From the NCBI GenBank assembly GCA_964016885.1, contig OZ024755.1, positions 27,342,001 to 27,406,000 of the forward strand: 64,000 nucleotides of DNA. Reading direction: 5' to 3'. Positions 1 to 13,567 of the stretch are shown piece after piece (within the stretch, counting starts at the first letter, position 1; each line of letters begins with the position of its first letter). The notes under the pieces are model-generated. The model was not told the origin of the DNA, searched no databases, and saw only the letters and a program-made list of their open reading frames with translations. Made by a program: the position numbers and the translations under genes. The stretch comes from Eledone cirrhosa. Its lineage: Eukaryota.

Positions 1-36
1 ACATATATATATATACATATATACACATATATATAT

Positions 37-67
<31 letters not shown>

Positions 68-114
68 TACATATATACACATATATATATATACATATAT
101 ACACATATATATAT

Positions 115-149
<35 letters not shown>

Positions 150-194
150 CATATATACACATATATATATATACATATATACACATATATATAT

Positions 195-229
<35 letters not shown>

Positions 230-330
230 CATATATACACATATATATATATACATATATACACATATATATATATACATATATACATATATACACATAT
301 ATATATATACATATATACACATATATATAT

Positions 331-361
<31 letters not shown>

Positions 362-384
362 TACATATATACACATATATATAT

Positions 385-429
<45 letters not shown>

Positions 430-433
430 TATA

Positions 434-471
<38 letters not shown>

Positions 472-476
472 CATAT

Positions 477-550
<74 letters not shown>

Positions 551-574
551 ATATATATATATATACATATATAT

Positions 575-631
<57 letters not shown>

Positions 632-650
632 CATATATACATATACATAT

Positions 651-695
<45 letters not shown>

Positions 696-718
696 CATAT
701 ATATACATATATATATAT

Positions 719-789
<71 letters not shown>

Positions 790-818
790 TACATATATAT
801 ACATATATATATATATAT

Positions 819-860
<42 letters not shown>
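1..860. repeat. (TA)n/(TACA) compound microsatellite
   Basis: Continuous ATAT/ATAC repeats. Confidence 0.98.
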
Positions 861-869
<9 letters not shown>

Positions 870-1393
870 TTACAATAATCAAAGTTCAGTTTAAGTCATT
901 TGACTTAAATGACTTAAACTGAACTTTGATTATTGTAATCTCTATATAACTGCTCTGTAAAACAACTGATGTTATTACATTGAGCTATTTATCTTACTGG
1001 TAATAAGATAGTATTGAATGACTATCTTTCACTATTTAAGGTTTGTATAAATAATATATTACCATTAAAGGTTTTATTACATACATAACCATAAATAGTA
1101 TCCTTAATACATATATATATATATACATACATATATATATACATACATATATATATACATACATATATATATACATATATATATACATACATATATATAT
1201 ACATATATATATACATACATATATATATACATACATATATATATACATACATATATATATACATATATATATACATACATATATATATACATACATATAT
1301 ATATACATACATATATATATACATATATATATATACATACATATATATCTATACATACATATATATATATACATACATATATATATATACATA

Positions 1394-1850
1394 CATGGTG
1401 GCTGCCAACTCGTTTTCGAGTACGGCCACTACTTTATATCCATGTAGGAGAACCCCTACCGATGCGCTGAACGCGTGTGACTTTTTAGTCCAGCCAGCGA
1501 CTTGAAAACTCTGGTACAAACACTACACTTGTGACAATTACTGACACATAGTGCTGGGCCCATGGTACCATGTGACGACAAGTGCAGAGAGATCTCCAGA
1601 TATAAAGCAATGCCTGTGCCGTGAAGCTTTTATAGTGAGCAAAGGCACTGCACAAAGCCAGTCCCACTCTCTTAACCAAGATGATATTTACCAAAAAGAA
1701 GAACAAGTCAACATCATTGGATACCATCAGGGTTGCAGGTGTTATATCAGAGTTTTCCTTCTCCTAGAATTCTGCCTTGACAAAGGCTAAGGGGTCATCT
1801 CTCCCGGTGATTTTGGATGGCCATTGACTCTTAAGAGCTCCTTTGCCCTT
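1394..1850 (-). mobile_element. short non-autonomous RTE-type retroelement (copy 1)
   Basis: Homologous over its length to 57100-57403 (GACCCC.TAGCCTTTGTCA, CTAGGAGAA, GATGTTGA, GCACAGGCATTGC, ACTCGA..ACGAG..GGCAGCCA). Confidence 0.55.
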
Positions 1851-1855
1851 TATAC

Positions 1856-1954
<99 letters not shown>

Positions 1955-2113
1955 CATATATATATATACATATATATACATATACATATATATACATATA
2001 TATATATATACATATATACATATATATATATATACATATATATATACATATATATATATATACATATATATACATATATATATATACATATATATATATA
2101 TACATATATATAC

Positions 2114-2160
<47 letters not shown>

Positions 2161-2161
2161 C

Positions 2162-2206
<45 letters not shown>

Positions 2207-2269
2207 CATACATATATATATATATACATATATATATATACATATATATATATACATATATATATATAC

Positions 2270-2366
<97 letters not shown>

Positions 2367-2399
2367 CATATATATACATATATACATATATATATATAC

Positions 2400-2430
<31 letters not shown>

Positions 2431-3074
2431 CATATATATATATACATATATATACATATATACATATATATATATACATATATATACATATATACATACA
2501 TACATATATATATATATATACATATAGGACTAGAACTGTTTCATTCATAAGAAATCATCAGGAATCTCCCTGATGATTTCTTATGAATGAAACAGTTCTA
2601 GTCCTGTAGAATCTCTTCTATATTAAAACTGTTATACTCTGCTATGTATTGAGTACCTTACTTACTGTGGTTACCTCCGTTTCAACCCGGAATAACGTAT
2701 ATATACATATATATATATACATATATATATATATACATACATATATATACATATATATATATATACATACATATATATACATATATATATATATACATAC
2801 ATATATATATATATATATACATACATATATATATATATATACATACATACATATATATATATATATACATACATACATATATATATACATACATATATAT
2901 ATATATATATACATACATATATATATACATACATATATATATATATATATACATACATATATATACATATATATACATACATATATATACATATATATAC
3001 ATACATATATATACATATATATACATACATATATATACATATATATACATATATATATATATACATATATATAC

Positions 3075-3105
<31 letters not shown>

Positions 3106-3182
3106 CATATATATACATATATATATATACATATACATATATATATATACATATACATATATATATATACATATATATATAC

Positions 3183-3232
<50 letters not shown>

Positions 3233-3336
3233 ATATACATATACATATATATATATACATATACATATATATACATATATATATATATACATATATATAC
3301 ATATATATATATATACATATACATATATACATATAC

Positions 3337-3379
<43 letters not shown>

Positions 3380-3402
3380 TACATATATATATATATATAC
3401 AT

Positions 3403-3436
<34 letters not shown>

Positions 3437-3462
3437 ATATATATATATGTATATATATGTAT

Positions 3463-3497
<35 letters not shown>

Positions 3498-3515
3498 AAT
3501 ATATGTATATAAATG
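1850..3515. repeat. (TA)n/(TACA) compound microsatellites interrupted by a fold-back insertion at 2526-2700
   Basis: Direct inspection; source of the spurious YI-rich ORFs. Confidence 0.95.
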
Positions 3516-3985
3516 TATGGGGGGGGGGAGCATATTGTCTATTTGCTTCAGCTTCGGCTTGTTCCTGTGGACGTCGGGTCTTCTGTATTACTGAGTGACG
3601 CCAGACGTCATGGTTGTGTCATGGTTGTCTTGCTCGCATAGGACTGTCTGGACATGCCTGCACAGCTGCTCACAGCTGCGGTTTGAATGAGCTTGCAGAT
3701 AGCATAACTATAGTCTCACTGTAGCTGTGAGCAGGTGTGCAGGCATGTCTGGTAATTGAGATCCTAAAAATGGAAAAACCCACAGTCATCTGGCTTAAAG
3801 GACACTTTGAGCGCAGAGAGTTAGAATCTTACCTTTCCTTCACCGATAACAATGTATTTCATGTCTGAAATTATTGACTCAACCGTAACGAGTTAACACT
3901 ATGTAGATCTATTTTATTCCCTATTGTATAAATAATATTACAAATAAAAAAAAGAAAAGAAAAAAACAGAAGCGAGTGGAACACT

Positions 3986-4108
3986 CATCTAGGACCACAT
4001 ACAACACATAAGCAGGTAATACACACATCTAGGACCACATACAACACATAATCAGGTAGTACACACATCTAAGACCACATACAACACATAATCAGATAAT
4101 ACACACAT
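3986..4108. repeat. 40-bp tandem repeat x3
   Basis: CATCTAGGACCACATACAACACATAAKCAGGTARTACACA repeated three times. Confidence 0.85.
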
Positions 4109-4305
4109 GTTTGGAATATTGTTAATCAATTTTTTAGTAATCTACTGATATAAAAATCAGTAGTATATTGAAAAAGTAAAAAAATAGGGTGGGGGAGGCG
4201 TTTCGTGATTTCGAGGGACAAAAGGGGGCGTTTGGCCTAAATGGGTTCAGAACCTGTGGTCCAAATAATAATGGTGGAGAGTGGGGGCGGGCAAAATGGG
4301 TATGG

Positions 4306-4970
4306 GGTAGTTAGCGAGGAGAAGGTTTTAAATAAAGCAATAAACAGTAACAAGCGATATACTAGGATTTTAAAATACACAAGATTATTTAGAATAGCCA
4401 GACAGAATTATAGAATAACATTGAGAAAGTAGGATTGGATTCTGGGCGATTATACAGATATATAGATGAATGAACCAAAGAGTGGGAAGACAAGAAGAAA
4501 ATGCTATTTTTACATTACATTTCGTAGAAGTGGACTGACCATTAATAAGAGTTGACAAATTCTGAGATTCGTACCTCGTAACAGGTTTATTTATATTTGG
4601 TGCGAGTTGGGAGTGATCGAGAGAGAGACCAACAGGCACGTATGTGATAGAGAGAGAGGGGGGGGTGGGGGTGATAGAGATTTAGAGGGCCGAGAGAGGC
4701 CATTTTTATGAATCCTGGAAAATTTCGGCCAAAATGGTAGTTAGCGAGGAGAAGGTTTTAAATAAAGCAATAAACAGTAACAAGCGAAATACTGGGATTT
4801 TAAAATACACAAGATTATTTAGAACAGCCAGACAGAATTATAGAATAGCATTGGATTCTGGGCGATTATACAGATATATGGATGACTGAACCGAAGGGTG
4901 GGGAAACAAGAAGAAAATGGTATTTTTACATTACATTTCGAGAAGTGGACTGACCATTAATAAGAGTTGA
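4306..4970 (+). repeat. ~250-bp direct duplication (4306-4560 and 4736-4970)
   Basis: GGTAGTTAGCGAGGAGAAGG...CCATTAATAAGAGTTGA present twice with few differences. Confidence 0.85.
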
Positions 4971-5282
4971 TATGTTTATACTTATATATATATTGTTATA
5001 ATTGGGGAGGGTCATATTGTTTTAATAATATTGCAAGAAATACCAACAGAACATACTCACTGTTTGGGTAGTTTTCGCTTCTGTGTCTTTTATATCTCCA
5101 GTTAATTCATTCGGTCCTCAATGCATTTCATTGACTGACCAACGCTCAAAAATACAGATATAATATAGATATAAACACATATATATAATCTAACAAAGTT
5201 CTTTCATTGCACATCTGCAACATCATCAGTGGTACTATTATGTTCCTCCTGTTGTATCGTATATTTACGCCATTTTTATTTT

Positions 5283-5628
5283 ATCATCATCATCATCATT
5301 TCATTTTTACGTCCGCTTTTTCCCTGCTTGCAAGGGTGGGACGGGAACTGATTTTGGCTTGATTTCTACAGCTGGATGCCCTTCCTAACACCAACCTCAT
5401 TTACAGTGAGTGCTGGGTGCTTTTTTTCCGTGGCACCTACACGTCCACTTTGCAGTGGAATGATAGGGACCCCAGTCCCTATCATCTCATTTCTACAGCT
5501 GAGTAAACTGGAGCAATGTGAAATAAAGTGTCTTGCTCAAGGAAACAACACATCACCCGGTCTGAGAATTGAACTCACAACCTTTCGATTGCAAGCCCAA
5601 TGCTCTAACCACTAAGCCATGTGCCTCC
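5283..5628 (-). mobile_element. tRNA-derived SINE, CORE-like, with RTE-derived 3' tail
   Basis: A box TGGCTTAGTGG, B box GAGTTCAATTC, CCTTGAGCAAGACAC core, (GAT)n tail; near-identical to 21895-22290. Confidence 0.8.
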
Positions 5629-7235
5629 ATGTTTATTTATTTATTTATTTTGGGGGGGTGTCAATTAAATCGGCCCCAATATGTTACTGGTGCTTTATTT
5701 TATCGACCCCGTAAGGATGAAAGGTAAAGTTAACCTCAGCAGGACAGTAAAGGACCATAACTCTATGCTGCAAAGCATGGCATCCGACTCTCTACCGATA
5801 CTGCTAATCCACCACCCTTACCACAGAAATAATAACAATGATTTCTTTATTAACCACAAAGGGTTTACATAAAGAAAAACATTAGGACAGCACAGAACGA
5901 AAACATGTATGTGTGTATGTGTGTATGTGTGTGTGTGTGTGTGTGTGGGGTGGTGGTGGTGCATGTAAACAAATTTTAACAATGTTAAAAAAGGATAATA
6001 ACAATAAAATTAAAACAAAGGGGATTCCTCAATAGGGAGGAAACGTCTGAGGGTTACCCCTGGAGAAAAACCCAAAGTAAAATTAATGGATAAATGTAAA
6101 ATGGAGAAAAAGCTAGAGGGATAGAAAGGGATGACAATGAAGACAAACCTAAATAATTGAAAGCCGCCATAACTCTAGAAAATGCAACATGAAACGGTCC
6201 TCCTTACATGAATCTGTGCTTCAAGCAGTGTACTGTCTGTAACTGTAGTTGCACACCAATCTAATTTTTCTGTCTGTGTCTGTCTATGTGTGTGTTAATG
6301 AGTTGCACACAAGTATGTTTGCATATATATCTAAAATATCAATACACTGCCTTTGAATGTGGGCAAGTCCCCTTTGTTTCCTGGCAACCTGCATACACAT
6401 ACACACACACATATATATCAGATTGAGGGCAGTAAAAAAACACTTATTCAGTACTTAATACTTTGGTCAGTAGATTGGGTAATATGAAAACTTTTTTCAT
6501 ATATACATCATCATCATTAATATTATTTTACATATGCTTTTACCTGTCATTGGTGTACGTAATTAGAGAGAGAGAGAGGGGGCAGATATATTAACCAACA
6601 GACAGTCATATAGATAGCTAGATAGAGGGTGTGTGCATGTGTGAGTGTCTTTGCGTATGCAATCGACTGACAATATGTAATGTATCTCATCAAACCCTTA
6701 TCACATCTAAAGTCAACCAGACAGGATATTGTGTATCTTACTTGATATATCCAACCAATCCACTTATATGCAACTGTGGACTTTGGACTTGACATATCTC
6801 TCTAAGCTCCTCATACTACAGATGTTTTTCAGAAATTCTTTCTATAACGCCTTCTTATCTTGACAACTAGGACTGTTTTTATTGACTCTGACCATTACAT
6901 AAAGTCTAAAGCATTGTTTCATTATTGCAGTATAGCTTCAGAATGAGTGTCTTTACCACACCTACCTATGTTTTTTTATAATTTTCACCATTAAGTAATT
7001 TTGCATAAATCTTGGTCTTCACTTCACACAGCTCATGCTTTGTCTTTGATCACCTCCATTGTAAAAAAACAAACAAACAAACACAGCATGTTTCATGTTA
7101 AATTTGTTCACATTGATCATGCTGTATTGCTTCTTTTACTACATTAGTGAAAGGGCTCAGGGTCTGGTTGTGCCACCAGTACTACATGTCCTACAAATGT
7201 ATGGCAGCCTACAGCTTCAATTCAGTATCCCATCT

Positions 7236-7440
7236 TAACCCTTTAGCATTTAAACCAGCCGGATACGGTCACAATTCTGTTCAAACTGGCTGTTCATACT
7301 GACATTAAGGTATTGTTCTCAAAATAAATAACATCAAAATCTCGTAGATTCGATATTATGTGAGATAATTATGTAAGATAAAGCCTTTACAGTGAAAATA
7401 GTACAGTATATATAGAGTAATGTAAATGCTAAAGGGTTAA
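7236..7440. mobile_element. piggyBac-like MITE (TTAA target site, CCCTTTAGCATTT TIRs)
   Basis: TTAA-CCCTTTAGCATTT...AAATGCTAAAGGG-TTAA; further copies at ~10643-10925, 23518-23733, 29710-29921, 30328-30543, 32047-32440, 32883-33622 and 63727-64000. Confidence 0.75.
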
Positions 7441-7876
7441 GGTTGGATGGGTATGGAAGTACACTGATTTCAAAAGGAAACAATCTACTTAGCTCTACAT
7501 GATGCTCCAATGTAGATTTCTTCACATTGCCCACTTCTATGATTCTCAGACATACAGTAGTGGTAAAAATAAGAGAACGATAAATTAATTTTTCATTATT
7601 TTCCTTATTTGACAAAATTTTTCCTTTAATATTTTAAAGAATATTCATAAACTATATATCTGTCTTGTGCTAAAATATTTCTAAATAATCAAGGGTATAC
7701 ACAAGATATTAATGATATACCTTTAACGATCCGAGTTCAAATCCCGCCGAGGTTGACTTTGCCTTTCATCCTTACGGGGGTCGATAAAATAAAGTACCAG
7801 TAATGCACTAGGTAATTGCTGGCCTTGTGCCTAAAGTAGAAACAATTAATGATATACCTTTAACTTTGAAAAAGTA

Positions 7877-8505
7877 CAGTGATCAAAATAAGAGAACGGA
7901 AATACAGTTAAACATGAGATTTGGTCTACAAACTAGGGTTTATGTATTCTCAAACATTAATAGGAAGTGTAGAGGCCCTTGCTTTGGATGACTTCGGCAC
8001 ATCTGCATCCACATGAAGTCACCATCGTATTGCACAATTTTGGAGTGATATTATTCCATTCTTCCTCGAGTTTCTTCCATAATTCAGTGGTTCGAGCAGG
8101 TTTTTTTGCCATGACATTGTCCCCAATGCTCTTCCAAAGGTTCTCAATTGGATTTAAGTCAGGGCTCTGGGCTAGCCATTTCAAAACTTCTATTTCCTCA
8201 TCTTTGAGAAATGTTTTCACTCATTTAGCAGTGTTGCATGAAAATGGTTGGTTGATTGGGAGAAGTCCTTAAAGAGGGAATGGCATGTTGCTGAAGGAGG
8301 TTCCGGTACACATTAGCATTAACAGTACCATTTAAGTATATGAGAGGCCCCACTCCGGCTGCTGAGAACATTCCCCAAACCATGAATCTTACACACTTTT
8401 TAACACACTTAGAAAGAAGTCTTTCCCCAGTTTTACGTCTTACACATTGGTTACTCTCTGAACCAATCAAATTAAACTTGCTTTCATCACTAAAATGAAC
8501 TTTGG
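7877..8505 (-). mobile_element. Tc1/mariner transposon remnant (degenerate DDE transposase 3' part)
   Basis: FSDESKFNL, MVWGMFSAAGVGPL, WLAQSPDLNPIENLW motifs with frameshifts; TA-CAGTG terminus at 7875. Confidence 0.9.
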
Positions 8506-9620
8506 GTAGGAATGGAGTTTAGTGAGGAATTCCAGATACAAGTAGTGTTCAGTCCTCAGCCAGCTCTTGTTCATTATAGTCCTCCAAGCCATAACAGAGG
8601 GGTTTAAGACTGGCTGTCCATGGGAACTTCTCTATGCTGATGATCTGGTTCTTATAGCAGAATCAGTAGAGGAGCTAGAGAATAAATTCTGGCTATGGAA
8701 ACAGCAGTTGGAATCAAGAGGACTGAGAGTGAACATAGCTAAGACAACAGTGTTGATGAGTAGAAGAGAGGACAAAACTCTGATTCCGTCAGGGAAATGA
8801 CTATGTTCGATATGCAGAAAAGGAACTGGCATAAATTCCATAAAATGTACGCAATGCAGATCTTTGGTACACAAGAGATGTAGTGGGATAGCAGGTAAAC
8901 TAACAGGTAGAGAGAAATACATATGCAGTAGATGTACAGGGAAATTAAACAGTAGAAGTCGTATTGATAGACACATTTTTCAAATGCAGGTGGGTGCTAT
9001 AGAAGTGGTTGATAGCTTCCAGTACCTAGGAGATGAGATTAGCATGGGAGGGGATGTCCCGAGGCCATAGTATCTAGAATAAAGACAGGTTGGAAGAAGT
9101 TTAGGGAGCTGCTTCCTCTGCTGATGAAGAAGGGTTTCTCCCTGCGTACAAAAGGCCGGTTATATGATGCCTGTGTGAGGAACGCGATGCTGCATGGTAG
9201 TGAGACATGGGCAGCAACTACAGAGGATATGGGACGGCTGGAGAGAAATGAGGCAAGCATGCTCCGCTGGATGTGCAATGACAATGTGCGTGAACAACAT
9301 GGATGTGTTGAGAGAGACACTGTGTCTGAGAGGGATAGAATATAATGTACGGGAGAGGAGACTGCGGTGGTATGGACATGTGATGCGCATGGAGGATGAC
9401 CAATGGGTGAAGAAGTGCCAGGAAATGCCTGTTGAAAGAAGACGTGGTAGAGGTAGACCACGAAAAACATGGGCGGAGATGGTGAGAACAGAGCTCAGAT
9501 TGCTGAAGCTCACAGTGGAGATGACGAAGGACCGAGACACGTGGAGAGATGCTGTGCTGAATAAGACCCGTCCCACCCTTGCAAGCAGGGAAAAGCGGAT
9601 GTAAAATGATGATGATGATG
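8506..9620 (+). mobile_element. 5'-truncated RTE-clade LINE
   Basis: RT 'LLYADDLVL', 'LHGSETW', 'RRLRWYGHVMRM...RGRPRKTW'; stops and frameshifts; (GAT)n tail. Confidence 0.92.
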
Positions 9621-10159
9621 ATATATATATCGAGAGAGAGTCGATTGACTTTTGTCAAATTGGACCGAGGAAACAATGTTTCCATTGGCCTTTCTAATTG
9701 CTACTACTTTCTAATTGTTACGTTCCTAGAACACCCGTGAAGACTGAAAAACTGCAAATATTGGACGTCATCCCTAAAAATGCATATAAACATCAAAATA
9801 GAATTAAAAAAAGAGGAAGCGTCTTATGCGAAGGGGCGTTCAATAGGCCAGCAAATACAGTATATTGTTATTAATAATTTAGCGTTAAAAAAATATAAAT
9901 TGCCAGAAAAAAGCCATTAAAAAAATAGCGTAAGTTATTTACAATTTCGAGAATATACAGTGGTTTCCACGAACAATTATTAGTTAAGTTCTAAGGAAAA
10001 TTCTGTGAATAACCAGGACCGCGAATGCCGGGGATACACAAAAGAGAGAGAGTTCCACAACAAATTAGCTATATATTGCTACTCTCTGAAGTCGATATAC
10101 CTATGTGCCAAATTTAAAATGGATGATATTGGATCAATTAAAAAAGATATTTTAAATCA

Positions 10160-10165
10160 TTTATT
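10160..10165 (-). terminator. candidate polyadenylation signal of TRMT10A
   Basis: AATAAA on the minus strand ~135 nt past the stop codon. Confidence 0.4.
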
Positions 10166-10299
10166 GTCAGTAAAATAAATAATCCATGGATGTACATAAT
10201 ACATAAACACACAGATTCCTTTGAAATAGGAAAAAAAAAAGATAGGCATAAAAATATGAATGTATTTTTATAGAAAAGTGTTTTATATTTTCATGTGTA

Positions 10300-10505
10300 T
10301 TAAATATTCAACATATCTGGTCTATCTTTAGCTGATTCTGGTTCACTCATTTTATCACAATCTGCCTTCATATTAGTGTCAGCTTCTGTTTCACCAAAGG
10401 AATTTTCATTTACCAAACATTTGACACCCTTTCTTTCAGGAATTACTTGGAAAAGAGATTTGCTCCAATCTTTAGTTTTTGTGTATTGCAGAAGTATCTC
10501 AAATA
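10300..10505 (-). CDS. TRMT10A: TRMT10A coding exon 7 (terminal)
   Basis: TTCTTTTACAG acceptor; (V)FEILLQYTKTKDWSKSLFQVIPERKG...DMLNI-stop (Trm10 'VFEIL...DW...VIPxRK'); TAA at 10300-10302. The seven exons sum to 924 nt, an open frame of 307 aa plus stop. Confidence 0.93.
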
Positions 10506-11251
10506 CTGTAAAAGAAAGTAAGATCAGAAGTCTGTAAGTCTTAGAATAAATAGGATGATTAGTTAAGGAATGACATTCATAAGCCTTGAAAAATTAACAT
10601 AGATACCGAACTTTAATGTTCAAATTCCTTATCTGATGTATTTAACTCTTTAGCATTTACATTACTCTATATTTACTATTGTATTTTCACGGTAAAGGCT
10701 TTATCGCATACAATTATTTCACATAATATCAAATATATATTCATGAATATATATTTGATATTATTAAGGCTTTACCTTACATAATATCTCATATAATATT
10801 GAAGCTATAAGATTTTGATATTATTTATTTTGAGAACAATAACTTAACATCAGTATGAGCAACAGGTTACGGCTGGTTTCAACAGAAAGAGGTGAGACAA
10901 TTCTGGCCGGATGCTAAAGGGTTAAGTGATAAGACAAATATTCTATATAAGATACAAGTCCCTTGTTAGAATCTTTCCTTGCTACTTGCACCACATAGCT
11001 TGAGGGAATATAGAATTAAGTAGTCTTCCTACAAACCAAAGAAACTAAGTGATTTTGAACTCATATTACGAATTTGTAACTATAAACATTAGGGAGAAAG
11101 TACATATTGGATATATTGTGCCAAAATAAGATGAGATGGTCATGGCTGGAATGTGTTTGATTATATGCTTCGTGAATCGAAGCTAATGATTGGTTAAACA
11201 ACATTAATAAATCACTTGAAAATGTTCCTGTTGCTTATAGTGGTGGACTAT

Positions 11252-11930
11252 CATCATCATCATCATCATCGTCGTTTAACGTCCATCTTCCACGCTTGCA
11301 TGGGTTTGGATGGGAGGTTTCCCACTTGAGGCAAGATTTATTGTCCTGCTCATACAGGACTGTCTGGCGGGTTTTCCACGGCTGGATGCCCTTCCTAACA
11401 CCAACCACGTTTACAGTGTGGACTGGGAGGTTTTTACCGTGTTACCTACACGGCCACATTACAGCATGGACTGTGTTTTTTTTTTGTCGTGACACCTACA
11501 CGACCTCATTTGTTTCGGACTGGATGTTGTGGCACCAACATAACTTCACATTTAAGGGGGTGGTGTGGATGGGGGGGGGATTTATTTTGTTAGAGGTGCC
11601 TACTGACTGTAGCTTTCGCTTTGTACTTAGGCAAGGCGGGTCTTCTGTATTACTGTGTAGCGCCAAAGATCTCGGTCCAGTGACATTGTCTTGGAGAGGT
11701 GTAAGTGTGTGAGGTCGGAATTTATCAAGTCGTCCCAGGTTTTTCTGGGTCTGCCTACTCCGTGACTACCATCTATTTTTATTGCCCTGCACTTTTTTAT
11801 ACAGCTGTCGTCTTTCATGCGCATCACGTGACCATACCAACGTAGTCTTCTCTCGAGTAAACAACATCTGATCCCTCTTATTCCTAATTTCTCCCTTAGT
11901 TCGTTTATGCTTTGCCGTTCACGTATATTA
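11252..11930 (-). mobile_element. RTE-clade LINE 3' end with long 3' UTR
   Basis: RWYGHVMRM...GRPRKTW C-terminus, then 3' UTR and (GAT)n tail; homologous copies on + at 13568-14050 and 16570-16960. Confidence 0.8.
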
Positions 11931-12135
11931 CTATGTGACTGTGTTGTGTTTTTGTGTAATATATTTGTGTGCGTGTATGTGTGTGTGTATATATGTATGT
12001 TTCTGTGTGTATATATGTGTGTGTGATTTTGTATGGCTATGGATATCTATGTGTGATTGTGTGTGTTTATATATGCATATGTATGCATGATTGTGTTGTG
12101 TAATGTGTGGTGTGTGTGTGTGTGTGTGGTGTGTG

Positions 12136-12177
<42 letters not shown>

Positions 12178-12298
12178 CCTGCATATATGTTTAATTGTGT
12201 GTGATATATATATATATATATACATTTATGTGAATGTGTGCGTTTGTTAGTGTGTGTGTATATATGTATATATAAGTGTGTGATATATAAATATACAA

Positions 12299-13190
12299 TC
12301 TATATATATAAAACTGTGGTTGTCTGTCTGTCTATCGATTTTTGGCACACATCTCCTCTTAGAATCTCTCACGGAATTCCACCGAAATTGCTATACTTGT
12401 ACATTGAGCCCTAGCGAAGACATCGGAAAAAAAAAGATTTCAAATTGACCCACCCTATGTGACGAAATCGAATATAATGTATCGATTTTTGAGCGTAAGT
12501 TATCAGTTATTTCCCTTTGTTCTGTTTACATTGAGCGTCTTACGTAAAAAATTACGCTGGCTTTCTCAGCGTTTAAAATGACATTAACACAATACACGAA
12601 CAGTTGAACACTAAGCTTCCGTTTTGCTTCATTTCCATTTAAAAGCATTTTAAAACAATATTTTTACTTGAAAACAAGTCTATTTAAAGACTACGTAAAA
12701 CAAGCAAATATTTTGTCGGTAGGCGTGCAGACAGACAGTCGTGCAGAGAGGTGATATACGCGTGCAGACAGACAGTCGTGCAGAGAGGTGATATAGGCGT
12801 GCAGACAGACAGTCGTGCAGAGAGGTGATATAGGCGTGCAGACAGACAGTCGTGCAGAGAGGTGATATAGGCGTGCAGACAGACATAACTGATAATTTGG
12901 TTACGCTAATGTTTTTCTCTGCGTTGCAGTGTTTACATTTTCGATCTTTGTTAATAAATAACCAGTGCAGTTTCTATCCCCAGCATCCTCTTTTGTTATA
13001 ACATTCGGGTTATCGTTATGTTTTCTTAACTTCATAAGGCATATTGTTGGTTGAGGGAATATTAATCAAAAACACCACATGCAAGTCTGCACAGTAGACA
13101 CTACAGTTTTTAAGCCAAGAAAGAAACTTAACATTGTAACTTTAACACAGCTATTGAGCGACCCCGAGCAACGCCGGGCTTTACTGTTAG
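12299..13190 (+). mobile_element. non-autonomous Helitron with an internal 37-bp minisatellite (12720-12885)
   Basis: A|TC TATATATATAAAA...CTGTCTGTCT 5' end; GC hairpin CCCGAGCAACGCCGGG followed by TTAG|T at the 3' end. Confidence 0.75.
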
Positions 13191-13525
13191 TATATCAATA
13201 AATGGAAACCACACTCACAAAACCATATTCACTCTATTATACACATTTCAAGGGCAACCAAGGCAAACCATGGCGCGCTTTCATCAGATAAAATACAGGA
13301 AGCTCCAACCATTAAGGTTGTCTTTTTTTCCGGGTATGTCAATATTTATTTATAAAACAAATCTGTATTTTATCTGATGAAAGCGCACCATAACCTGCCC
13401 CGGCTGCCCCCGAAATATGTATAATAAAACAAATATGGCTTCACAAATATAGTTTCCATTTATTAATATAGTGATTATTTACTCCACTTATCTGCTGAGT
13501 GCTTTATATCAGTTATAAAAATTTT
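13191..13525 (+). mobile_element. Penelope-like pLTR remnant with inverted copy and minimal type I hammerhead
   Basis: 108-bp arms 13191-13298 and 13363-13470; CTGATGA 13374, GAAA 13412, stem I TTTTAT/ATAAAA; same family as 45540-46050 and 59588-59705. Confidence 0.7.
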
Positions 13526-13567
13526 TTAATTAAATATAACCTCTGCATATATAAATATTCCGACATC

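Noticed and set aside
1022-3533. Long YI/IY/HT-rich ORFs (also 47.6-49.2 kb and 54-59 kb)
   Set aside because: Translations of (TA)n, (CA)n and (TATG)n microsatellites that happen to lack stops.
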